A stretch of DNA of 64,000 nucleotides from Hyphochytrium catenoides (Eukaryota; Protista; Hyphochytriomycota), in NCBI GenBank assembly GCA_900088475.1, contig FLMG01000988.1, forward strand, positions 1 to 64,000. Reading direction: 5' to 3'. The position numbers and the translations under genes were made by a program. The notes beneath the pieces were generated by a model. It searched no databases and was not told the origin of the DNA. It saw only the letters and a list, made by a program, of their open reading frames with translations. This document shows positions 11,905 to 23,673 of this stretch, one piece after another (position 1 is the first letter of the stretch; each line of letters starts with the position of its first letter).

Positions 11905-13601
11905 AGGGGGGCCCATCTCAGACAGACAGCCAAACCTTGGACGGGGGACCAGAAGGCGAGCAAGAGATAGGGAGAATTAGGCCGGGATATACAGTTTCCC
12001 ATTACGTTATACCCATTTTCCAAAGACAGAATGGATCGAGGAGAGACAGAGTCTTTGGGCAGGTGGTTAGGTGGATGGTGGTCGATGGCTTTGGAAGGCC
12101 AAAGGTCTGGGGATAAAACAAGTAGGCGAAGAATCGAATGTCCATAGTTTTGAACAGCAGACCAAAGGGGCAGAAGGATAGACGGGAAGAGACAGACCAG
12201 GTGAAATAGTGTGGGATCAACAGTCAGAGTTCCGTCTATTGTATCCGAGGCTGGAGAGATATAAGAACGTGGTGCTTCTCTTGAAGAACTCCGAGAAAGA
12301 GGGAGCCAAGAAATTGTGGAAGGATGTAGAGGTATGAAATTGAAAAAGACGAAACACTACAGTGAGAAAGGGAGGGGCTTCCACTTGGCCAGGAAATTTC
12401 TTTGCCTAGAATTGAGGAGGAAGGAGATTCACAAGGTCTCCCTAAAGCGCCCATCCACCCCTCCGCCTCACCAAAAACCAGCCATTGTAGGTGAAGGAAT
12501 TAGGAAAGTGACAGCTGTCACCTATTGAGTCTGTGTGAGTACGCGAGATATGAACAATGCTAACTGGAATTAGAGGCTCGAGAAGATAGAGTCTCTCAGT
12601 TCATAATGGGTTAGGTTATCAGGCAGACCGAGCCACATTGTGAAATCCGGTACAAAGCTTTACACAGGAAAACCCACTCGAATTCTCCAGCCCTACAGCC
12701 TTTCCTAGGAAATATATGGTCTTCTAGGAGGGTCTTCTGGTGCTGAATTGTCAGGGGTGTGTCATCCATCTAAATCAGTTTGCCTTGTAATCAATGCCAT
12801 GGCTGGGTATGGGGAGTGCCTGTGGCTCCCTACAGCAGCTATCACTATCACGTATCTGATGGGGAGTGGCCCCTCTTACCCACAGAGATAGGCACAAACC
12901 CCCAAAGAAATAGAACTAGAGTTTAGAACTGGCATGCACGACCCCACCTATATCTCATCAAGCTTTGGCATATGACCTCCTGACTCTGTCTCCGCTTCTC
13001 CTAAATGAATACCAAGTGAAACAAGGCTTCGCTCTGCAATGTATCCTTCACACTCTGTCCCTCGGTTTTGGCTCTGTCTCCATACTGCCTACTAGAAAGG
13101 AAGACAAGAAGTGTAGCATCAGGAGGGAAGTGGAAGAGAGGACTGACCTCAGCTTTTTACATTGTACAGTTGTAGCCATGATTGTTGTCAGTCATCTGTG
13201 GTGTTGGAGTTACATACATCCCTCCTAGCCTTGCCTTGTCCGCCCCCACATCAGAACTACCTATAGTTCTACTTTTATGAAAGCCATTAAACATACAGAT
13301 AACTGTACTCCTTGAGTAAGAGACAGAATACGAAAGAGGGATGAATAGCTATACAGCGGGCCGAATAATAGATTGAATACTGTATGAGAAAGAGTCAAGA
13401 CAGAGAGAAAAGAGCTACTCCTTAGTTCATAATGTAAGGACTTTTTGTTAGTGCTAAGAACGCACGATGTCCTTTGAGTGTACCGCAGTGGGGCACTACC
13501 GTTTTACCTCTCGGACACCACCTCTCTTTCCTCCTCTCCTCGCTGTCTGCGCTTTATAAACTCTAACTTTCTCTCTCTTTCTCTCTTTCTTTCTTTCTCT
13601 A

Positions 13602-13605
<4 letters not shown>

Positions 13606-13644
<39 letters not shown>
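13606..13644. repeat. (CT)n microsatellite within a pyrimidine tract
   Basis: About 19 perfect TC units, preceded by a TATAAA near 13555. Confidence 0.97.
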
Positions 13645-13647
<3 letters not shown>

Positions 13648-14471
13648 TTTCTTTTTTCATCGGCCTCTGTGTTTTTCTTGTTAGTTCTAGATTTCAGCTT
13701 TTGTTATGGGCCAGGAGGAGGCGGATGGGAGAGAGTGCCCCCCCTCTCTGAATCTTCTTCCTGGTCATGAGTTTACCGATGAGACACGGAGAGTTAGGAA
13801 GCATGACGACTGCGGACCTCGTGGTTCTGCAAGGAAATACGTGTCTCTCCGGCTCTCAAGAGTGTTTGTGCCTCGGTATGCGGGTGCGCGACAGTCCAAC
13901 GGTCTCTCTAAAGGGTCTATGAGTCATAAGGAGTAAAGCGTAGTAGCGGCACAGCTCGCCACACCGTAGCCTTTCCAACCAATGGATGACGCAGCCCCCC
14001 AACAGTGCGGTCTCTCACGTTGCCAAGCTCTTTTCTTTATGATTTTTTGACAATGAAGCCCTCCGTTTCTCCTCGCCTGGCCGGGTATTAATAAGGGCCT
14101 GTGAAGGAGATGAAGTGCACTTTCTTCGACCACCAGTAGTTTAAAACTGGCGGCATTTCCAGCTAATAATGTACACTGTGGGTCTATTAGAAGCAAAGGA
14201 CAATAGCGAAATGGAAATCAAGTCTTTGATGAAGAGTTGGAGACAAGAGCTGAGAGCTGAGCAGCAATAAGAAAGAGCCAAGAATAGTCCTTAGAGGTGA
14301 TTCCTAGATAGCAATCTCTATTATTAGATAAGGAAAGATGACTAATTGCAAGCACATGCGGCAACAACCAGCCACCGGCTGGCTTGAATGGTATCAGTAA
14401 TGCTCTAAACAGAAACTAGAGGTACTAATGTGTAGCTCACATCCAGCGCTATGAAGGGGCACCTATACTCT

Positions 14472-17400
14472 CTAAGCTGTGTGGCCTTCTTTGCTATTGC
14501 TCTCTTCCTGAGGGAAAAGGTACGGAAGAACTGAGGCTAGGCTCGCTGCTTGTGCGATAGTCTGCGGAAGTGATAGATGCATCATATCTGCTGCCAGACA
14601 GACTTGCATTGGGTGATCATTGCGCGATTGCAAAGTGATAGGCGCAAGCTTAGGATAGCGCTGACTGAAGTGCGTCAAGACGACTGTCTCGGCCAGCATC
14701 TTCACTCCCACGTTAAGGGCTTCTGTCACAGTGCAATGGCGCTTGTCGAGTGCCTCTTGCTCCATTCCATCCTAGAGACCAGGAAGAGAACCACGGAGAG
14801 AGAGAGAGGCGGTCAGTCAAAGCATACTCGTAAGGTGGGAAGGACACACTCAAGGTAGTGAATGGAAGTATTTATCCCAAGGGAGTAGGCGGCCCCAGTC
14901 CGCTTCACTGTCTATTTCGCACCTCGAATGTAGCTTCGTGAATGAGCAAGGATGCACCCTAGTAGTCAGCGAGAGGTTGGGACGTTAGACTTCTTGAAGG
15001 GTGGAAATTCTGAGGATTTTAGGCATTCTGAGGATTGAGGCCTAATGAAGACAACAGCAAGTGATGACCTATATAAAGGGGAAGTGTTGGCGACGCGTAT
15101 TGTGTACAGAGCTTGTGCAAAGAAAGAGAGACTCGTCGAGATAAGATGTGTTTCCTTTACCTGGCCTACTGAAACGAACTCTTCACTGGGTCGACAATCA
15201 CCAGAGTAGGCCAGCTTCGTGCCGTCTGACAGTTGAAAGACCAATGCGTAGGCATGAGAGCAGTGTTCAACATGAACAGTGGTGAACCTAGCAGTGGATG
15301 TGATAACAGATTAAGAGGTCACGTCGTCAGTTGGACGCCATGTCAGGTCAGGAAGCCCATGAAGTAGCAAGCCTCAACGGCAACGGGTCGGCCAGACGTT
15401 GAACAATGACTTGCAAATAACCAGCCTACTAGATTCGATCAAAGCAAAAAAGATAAGCTAAAAAGCAAGGCTCCCAGAGATCAAGGAAGTTAGGAGAGGC
15501 AAGTAGGTAAACAGATGAAAACAAGCCTTACCTAGTAATTCCAAAAGAGTGCAAGCAGTTCAATGTCTCTGTGCATACTTGAGCTTCAAGTTCCGTCCCA
15601 TTCCCGTCTGCTTGCATTACTTGTTGGTGCGAAAGGGTGAAGAGCTCGTTATTCTTGAACTTCCACTTCCCTTTGACTTGTGGTACAACATTTTCGTACG
15701 CCTTCAGCCAGGTCTCCATCTCACGGGGCGCAACCACAAGTAGCTGATTCCTCTGCATTCCAGTAGCGAAAAGGGCCAAGCAAATCAAATATGGAAAGAG
15801 CAAGATCAGTTTATGCCAAACCACTAAAAGTTCAGCACGATGAGAATGCATTAGCGCAGCATAGGGAGAATCGAGACCAGCGACGCTTACATCAAGGCTT
15901 CGTAACTCTAAGAACCTCAGCAGCCCAAGGTGGTGGTCCGCGTGCATATGTGAGATCCAGACTAGGTCTAGGTCCTGTAGGTTTATTGCAGTAGACGTGA
16001 GAAAGAGCGCAAATAGATGTGATTAGTATAGGAAAAGGGTGCGACGTCAAAGTGACGAGAAGCACCGGACATCTTTGGCAGAGCACGTCATATAGAAGGG
16101 AGGCATTAAAATGTTGCTTGAAAGTAGACAGACCTTAGAGAACTGAGATATTGGTGTCTTACATCAACAATAGCATAGACCTCAGGTCCGTACTTCCTCC
16201 ACAGTTGTCCCAGTGTTCCTTCACCGCAGTCTAGAAGCAAATGCAGAGGCCTGCTGCCTGCCTTTCGTCGTACATAGATGCCGGTAACTGGTGTCAGAAG
16301 GGTTAAGTCAGAGCGTGCTGATATCAAAGTCGAAAAATGATGGACTGCAAACGGAGCAGGTTGCAATTCAGGAGGAACCCACCCGGCGACACAACACAGC
16401 CAGAACATAGGAGATTCAATGTGGCATTGACCAAACATGGGATCAGCGGCCTTGCGCCGCATAAGAATCGTTCACTAACCATTGCGATACTTTGAAGGAA
16501 TAGCAGAACCTGTCCCCAGAAACACTATCTCCACTCCCTCTGCTTCTACTTGTTGGGCTAAGAGTTATTGAATCAGCGAATCAATGGCTTATCGGGCTTG
16601 CTGCAAGACAAGAACATGATAAAGGTTGACTACCGATTGTCTCCTTCCTGAAGTGAGAAATTAGCTCCCGTAGCTGCCCATTGTTGAAAAGCTCCTACGG
16701 AGATCAGACATAAGGAGGCATTGGACAGTGAGATTATGGTAAGGGTTCGAGGAAGTCCGAGCTGCGGAGTTCGGCAGACAGAGTTACCATGAACACAACG
16801 AACGGAGGAGGCTGGAAGAAGGGTGGGCCGAGGATAGCGTGAGAATAGCATACAATCAGTCCATCAAACGAGTCGCTAGCTCTCCTAGGTTTGTTTCTTA
16901 CATCCTACCTCTTCAATTTCGGCCATCGGCACTCGCGTAATGACTTTTGAGGTACTATAGCCTTGTTTTGCAGTAGGTACTAAGGTGTACGACAGCAATG
17001 GTTCCTATACCATCGCGAGTTGCTTAAGATGTCAACGAATTGAAAGGCGATAGATTGACAGAGTACGTTCTCCACTATCGACAGACGTACCCCGAGCTTA
17101 ACTCTAGAATTCAATCCTGTCAAAGAATCCTTTCTCTGCTCATCCTCTTCTGATAAGCCCTCACCAAACGGTAGCGTAAAAATGGCATTGTCTACCAAGG
17201 AGAGCCTGCAGTTGGCCAGAGTGGAAGCACGGAAGCTCGAGATGTCCTTTGCAACAGAGCCATGAACCTACAGACATATTGACCATCAGACAGACGTACG
17301 GCTCAACCCAAGGAGGCGAAGGCGGAGGTCACGAGACAAAAGAGAAGCACGGTAGACGTGCTTTCCTTCCTTTTGACTTCATGTACAGGGGTTCTCCCGC

Positions 17401-19725
17401 CGTGTGCTACCAGCTAGAAACTAGACATGAGAGCGCGTTGATAGCGCTACGGAGCTGCTAGACATACCAGCAAATGCTCTGTTCTTTGTCCAAAGCCCTC
17501 CACCCATAGCTGATATTCCCTCGTTTTAAAGACGGAGATGGGAGTAAGGTGCACACAGACAGAAAGAACCGCGTCAGGCTCTGGTTGTCCTCCAACTTGT
17601 ACGGTCTTCAACCTATAGGTTGACAACACTTTGCTGTCTCTCAAGTGCTGGAAGGTATGCATATCGGGGCATTCGAGTATAGCTATGGGAAGGGTTAGCC
17701 AGTGATCAAAAGGCTGCCAAGGCTGGCGTTGTGGGGAGGGTGAGAGAATGCAGAGGGGAGATATAGCAACGCTGACAAATTGATAAGCAAAGAATATGAT
17801 AGGTCAAAAGTGCTTGAGAGCAGTAACGTCTGCTGAGGTTCAGCCGCGTCCATCTACCTATGGCTGGCCCAGGGGTGGAAGGGGCGACTACATCTTTGGA
17901 GTATACGACCGTTCCATCATCAAGCTGGACGTCTTCACCACGCTGCAGTTTTCCCAGTAGTGGTCCTATTTGTGGTAGACGGGTGCAGGTAAGGACGGAA
18001 AGAGGCCAATTTACAGCCTCCATCTCTGCCTTTTTCACTAGCTCTTCTGCCTATTGTGTCACCAACACTTACCGCTGGGCACACCCAGTTCCTTTGCTCG
18101 TTTGACGAGAAGCTTGCCTGGAATGTCATTGAGTGTGCACAGGTAACTCACTAGGCTGCGAGTCTTCTCAGACTGCATGGTCTAAATGAGTCCGTTTCTA
18201 ACGAGACCTTGACTTCAACATAGGTACCTCTAACACTACGGGTTCCGATTGGGAGGAAAGGAGATCCCGACGACTTCTTTTTCTTCCGGTGGATGCTAGA
18301 TGCAGAAGAGAGGTCTATTAAGCGAGCTAAAAAGCAAGCGTAAAATAAAGTGACAAAATGACAGAGTAGATAGCGAAGGAAGACACGGGAATATGACAAG
18401 CTGCATTTGGATCATAAGAGACATAAAACAAACGAGCCTAAGCTTCTTCACGAAGTGTCCAGGATCAACGAAGTAAACCATGGTGGCAGACTATCGCGAA
18501 CAAGGATTGCGCATAAGGTTTGACGAAGAGGCTAATGTTATAGATCCTCGACACCACCATGTACCCACCCTCACTAGGGACCACGATGGGCCTTATCTGA
18601 ACTTCTTCTCTCTGAAACACGGAGTCGGCCTCCTCTTCCTGTCTGGCAGTGGCGTAGCACTCAGACAAGGAGACAGTGATGTCTGGCCTGAGGGACGCGA
18701 CGTCCGTAGAAAGAAGAGTGCAGGGGAAGAGAGAGGGTTGGTTAAGCATTAAACTAAAAGGCGGGAGCCACAAGGGTTGAAGAGGAGGAGGTAATTGACC
18801 CTAACCTCCTAACAAAGGACTTGGTGGCGCTCATGTATTGCTCCAGGCCCTCAGGACCAACTATATCAAATGCCTTCTTGCCCGAATCGCTTAGAGTAAG
18901 GATGAGCCCTAAACGTTGCCAAGGTATATCGCAATCATTGGAGAAAGAAGAAAGGCAATAGGGTGAGGCCAGAGGCGCAGCTTGGAGGTACATCGAAAAG
19001 ACCGACGGTAGCGAACGCTCCGAGAGGAGAAGGGATTGATAAGCGAAGGCTAAGACTCCAGAGAAGAAGCAATGTAAGAGAATGAAAATTGCAACGTAAT
19101 TACGCCTAAAGAGACGGTGAGACCATCAGACAGGCACTAAGACTGGAGCAGGTGGAGATGACTCTCATTAGTCTCCTCACTGGCACCTGGCAAACCGCCC
19201 ACGGTGTCGGCGTCCAGCTTCGTAAGGAAGATTGTGTTCAGTTTCCCTAGCTTGACCTTGTGCTCCATACAGAATCGTTGGGTGCCCTCCGCAACATTGA
19301 AGATGTATCTAGAAGGTATAGGCGGTTATGATGAAGAAAGGAGTAAAGACAGTTTGAGAAGAAACGGCACAAGAGGCAATTATGATAGATGACGAACTTT
19401 GGGAGACAAGCAGACACAAGTGAGACAACAGCAATCGAGCTATGGGAGACAGAAAGGTAGAAGATTGCTACGAGGGGAGAGACAAGAAAGCACAAGTGAG
19501 ACAACAGCAATCGAGCTATGGGAGACAGAAAGGAAGAGGATCGCTAGGAGGGCAGCCCTGTCCAGTCAAAGGAAGGCCAAGGTACAGGCAAAGCGTTAGG
19601 GCAAGACGAAAGTGCAGAGGGAATGTCTCCCTGGCAGCCGTCTACCTGTTTAGGTCAGTGGCGATAGCAATGACAGGAGCCAAATCTCCAGCGCCACTCC
19701 CAAGAACCTGAAGCTCTACCTTCAT
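14472..19725 (-). CDS. ELAC2: tRNase Z long form (RNase Z / ELAC2), many exons
   Basis: Motifs in order: MKVELQVLGSG..RYIFNVAEGTQRFCMEHKVKLGKL..GGLPGLILTL; exosite GKFSSN..GVPSG..GPLLGKLQRGEDVQLDDGTVVYSKDV; FLGTGSAIPSKYRN; LLDCGEGTLGQL; WISHMHADHHLG (HxHxDH); KLAYSGDCRP; LIHEATF; LTHFSQRYPK. Confidence 0.96.
19415..19533. repeat. Two identical 43-bp direct repeats (period 76) in RNase Z intron 1
   Basis: CACAAGTGAGACAACAGCAATCGAGCTATGGGAGACAGAAAGG occurs at 19415-19457 and 19491-19533. Confidence 0.95.
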
Positions 19726-19780
19726 CGTTCCAGAAACTGCTGATGGAGCTGTGGGTTTCTCTTATCCCTTTGCGCTTTTG

Positions 19781-19841
19781 GTATCGCTTACTATCTGGTT
19801 AAGAACAAGCAGTATCGCTTACTATCTGGTTAAGAAAAGCA
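19781..19841. repeat. 31-bp tandem duplication just upstream of the RNase Z start
   Basis: GTATCGCTTACTATCTGGTTAAGAA(C)AAGCA occurs twice, differing by a 1-nt indel. Confidence 0.95.
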
Positions 19842-20500
19842 GCAATGATGGTCTCCCCAAACCAGTGCCTTTACGAAGCTCACGGCGCCTCAATGGTAGG
19901 CCTCCTGAGGGCCGGCCGATGACAGACTGCTGGGCTCTATCTCCTTACTGCATCGCTCCTCTATCCACTACAATGCAAAGCAACATCACTCTGGATGTCT
20001 TCCGTTCCTTGCATCCCTCTCACAACAGCCTTCCTGTGTCGCTCGCCTTCTTTGCCTCCTCTTTCCGTCAGCTTTTGGCCGGCAGCAGGCCAGATCTAGA
20101 GCGCAATGCGGTGCTTCTGAACAGATGTCACGGAGCTCGTAGCAGATAATTCTGCGAAAGGTTGAGAGGCAGTGAAGCTTCTTATCCTCCCAACATCGAC
20201 AAGAAGAGAAGCCAAACGATAGAGACAGACCAGGCAGAGATGTGATCTGTCTAGCAAAATTAGTAGACGCAGGAAGAGCCAGTGTGACCACGAGATAATA
20301 GCAGAAGGCAGAGAGATCCGACACGTCAACCATCAGAACAAACCCATTTACCGACTGGGCGTTAGCGGACGGCTCTTGCTGATTATTAGAGATAGAGATA
20401 GGTGAAAAGGCATGGAGTGTAACAATAATGTCAGGAGGAGAAAGGCTGCTTGCACTGTTTGGAGACAGTCCGCCATGAGAGCGCAACGTCACCTGTCCAG

Positions 20501-21067
20501 GCCCAGAGGAAGGTGAGAGGACGATGAGTTTAGTACCAAGATGCTTCTTGTCCAGAGACACGCTGACAGGTGATCGCTGCCACTCTCAATGGGAAGGCGA
20601 CATATGTCTTCAAGGCCCTTGTCATTGTGAAACAGCTATGCTTTATTGCAAAAGACGTGTACATTTTAGGGAGGAGCTTGTGTCTCTACCAAAGCCTCCG
20701 AGCCGCGTGTATCGCCACCACTAATCTCTTTGGTCTCCATCGGATCAACTGCCAAGACGCTGGTACCAGGCCAGGAGGGCTCTGCCCAGAGGAAGGTGAG
20801 AGGACGATGAGTTCAGTACCAAGACGCTTCTTGTCCAGAGACACGCTGACAGGTGATCGCTGCTATTCTTAATGGGAAGGCGACATATCTTCCAAGGCCC
20901 TTGTCATTGTGAAACATCTATGCTTTATTGAGAAAAGACGTGTACATTTTAGGGAGGAGCTTGTGTCTCTACCAAAGCCTCCGAGCCGCGTGTATCGCCA
21001 CCACTAATCTCTTTGGTCACAATGGGATCTACTGCCAAGACGCTGGTAGCAGGCCAGGAGGGCTCTG
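20501..21067. repeat. 283-bp tandem duplication covering the last codons and 3' flank of the LRAT-domain gene
   Basis: GCCCAGAGGAAGGTGAGAGGACGATGAG...CAGGCCAGGAGGGCTCTG starts at 20501 and again at 20784, with scattered substitutions. Confidence 0.97.
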
Positions 21068-23673
21068 GCTTAACTTGTTCAGGAGCGACGGGTGATCTCG
21101 ACGCAGAGAGGTTATAGTCATCTTCCTCTTCAGGGAAGAACACTCGCCTTTTGCTATCTGGCTGTGAGCTTGCGGAAACGACGCTTCCGGCAGTACTTGT
21201 TTGACTGCTTTCACCCTCTAATGGCGCCTTCGGAGCATTAACCACGAAGGGTACCCTTGGCAGCCCAAAGTAGAACCTTGAGAAGCCCGTTATGGCCCGT
21301 CCTAAGTTTTGAATCAGTCCTGTGCTAGATGGCGTCTGCACTACAGGGGTGCTGAAGGGAGAAACAGGAAGGGGCATCTCACTAATCCACACATTCCACT
21401 CGATCAGCTCAAATCTTGCAGCATCATCTCTGTTGGGCAAATCTATCAAGAGACCGTCTTCATTCAACGCCAGAAACCTGCGGTGCTGTAAGAGCAGGAG
21501 GTGGAAAGTTAGCAGCGGCGATAGCGATGCTTCAGACGAGGTCAACGCAAGCTTGTAAGTGAATGTTAGCGAAACTCTTGGGGGCGAGTCTATGTGGAGA
21601 GGAAAGGGCTCCTCAGCAGGATAGACGCTCGACAAAAGGACTCGATTACTTTGGACAAATGGAGACTGTTGCGAAAAGTACCAAAAGAATGGCAGCTTAT
21701 TACCTGTCTGAGGGCGATAAGGTCACCAAATGGGGTCAGCTCATATTTGAACCCAGTCGGGCTACGAAAGCAGCCACGACGCTGAAGCCCTACCGTCCGT
21801 GGATACTAAGAATATGAGGAAGGAAAAGCGGTGTGAGGCGCCTTCGACAATGTTAATTGTGGGAAGGTTATGAAGAGCGCACTTGGCCAAGAACATCTAT
21901 AGGTCCGCAAGAAGGAAACACATGGCTGAAGGGATCCAAATCGTGCCAAGCAAGACCACTGCAAAGAAGCGCTTTCATAAAGATGGCTCTTATCTCTATG
22001 AGATAGAGACCAAACGACAAGGATAAAGGAGAACGATAATGACCGGACGGCAAGCGCAGAAAACGGGACGGGAGAATCTTGCTCGACGTAGCGATGACCT
22101 ACCTGAGTGAAGGGTTTGCAATAAATATAAGTTAAATGCTCGTCGTGCTGGAACTCGACCACCGTATAGTTATATCCGTCCTGGTAGCACTTTAGCCGCA
22201 GCTTAGCCGCTGCATTGCGAGGAACTTGCGAGATTTTCCGTGCGTAGAACTTTCCTCCTTCCTCGCATAGCACGTAATCGCTATTGACGCGGATCACAGC
22301 TACAAAAAACACCTCTTAGTCCTTGGCTTGGAAGTACTTCCTACAGCCTGGGCTACAATCTATAACACGTCGTGTTCCTAAACTGCTGACACTGTAAACG
22401 CTCACTCAAGGTCGGGTGCTCTCTTCGCCCCTATTCTACCTTGCGTCTCTCTTTTCCCGTGGCATACGTCCATGCATTCTGGCTGCTACTGTCTACCTCT
22501 TACCATGAGAGCCATTCAATTGCTGGACTTTCTTTCCTTCTTCTCTAGCTATCCTCCTAATGTCCTCAATCTCACGCTCAAGAGCATCCAGTCTGTCTAT
22601 ATCCCATTCCCTATCAAAGGGAACCTTCGACGAGCGACGAATGAGACTTTGCTTGCTCCACTGCTTCCCAGTCTTGCACCAGTAACTATAGACCAAAAAG
22701 GATACATGGTGGTAAGCAAGCTGCCTTCAGCGAGAGAGCCCAAGGATGAACACAGAACAAGACCCCAGTAAATCATAGGTCTTGCTAGTTCGGGATAAAA
22801 GTTTAGCAACCAATATTGTCAATCAATTTATCCGAAGGAACGTCAAAGGCTGAGAGGCCGACAATGTGTGGGTTAGATTGGAAGGTAGGCAAAACCCCAT
22901 AACATCACAGCCTGACTAAGAGTAAAAGGAAGATAGAGAGAAGAGTGTCGTTTAACAAGAAGTAGAGCAGCGTATAGTAGTATTTGCTTCTTCCATCGCC
23001 GGCTACCACTTTGCATTCACTTACGCAGCATGCTCGCAGTTTTGTGTCACAATGTTGAAGTTGCCCTTGCCCAGCCCCATCAAGAATCTGCAACGGGCAA
23101 GCACCACCTCTGGGATATCACTGCGCTCCAAATGTACCTCTCCCCAGCGACTGGTGATCTCCAATAAGCCTGACGTGTTATAGTGAATAAGCCTTAGATT
23201 CTCTAGACCTCTGCCATAGATAAAGTCCTTCAGGGTCGAAACGCGCCAGTGAGAGTCTGATTGGGCAGAGGCGACATCTGTGAGCGGCGACCAGACGTGA
23301 ACCACAAGGATTGAGTCTACGTCTGACCCAGACTGGAATACTATGCCATGATGGGTGTACGTGATCGGCCAGCGAGATGTATCCCTAAGACAATGGAAGA
23401 GGTAAGTGATGCGGCGTGGGAGAACAAAGGCAAAGAGTCCAAAAAAATGACCATGAGGGAGCAGTGAACAAGCGAGAAGGAGAGCATTTAGGATCGAGAA
23501 GCAGCAAATTGAGAGCGACATAATCAACCAAGGCGATGCCGCTCTTATTGAGAAGTAAGCGAAACGAAGAGGGGACAAAAGAATTGCTAAAGAAGGCAAG
23601 ACTCTCACCAGATGGCAATATGGTCTGCTGGGCGAAGAGAGGTAACATTGTAAACTCGGGTGAGCTTCGGCAT
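20949..23673 (-). CDS. LRAT/NC-domain (permuted NlpC/P60) acyltransferase/phospholipase-like protein with coiled coil, probable beta-trefoil and disordered tail; 6 exons
   Basis: The spliced product reads MPKLTRVYNVTSLRPADHIAIW|DTSRWPITYTHHGIV..VVHVW..FNIVTQNCEHAA|YWCKTG. This carries the His, His and NCEH-Cys catalytic motifs of the LRAT family. GT-AG junctions keep the frame to the stop at 20949. Confidence 0.88.

Noticed and set aside
12130-12190. Possible gag-like zinc knuckle (FCP..NYGH) on the minus strand
   Set aside because: It needs frameshifts and lacks a complete CCHC spacing, so it is too weak to call a mobile element.
19415-19533. CRISPR-like repeat-spacer-repeat (43-bp repeat, 33-bp spacer)
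   Set aside because: There are only two copies, inside a spliceosomal intron, with no cas genes. The spacer partly resembles the flank, as expected for a tandem duplication.
19986-20561. 191-aa minus-strand ORF
   Set aside because: It has a non-ATG start inside the duplicated 3' flank of the LRAT-domain gene and no recognisable motifs.
22697-22705. U12-type donor-like GTATCCTTT on the minus strand
   Set aside because: It lies just upstream of the acceptor of an intron whose frame-preserving donor is an ordinary GTAAGT, so it is part of the pyrimidine tract.
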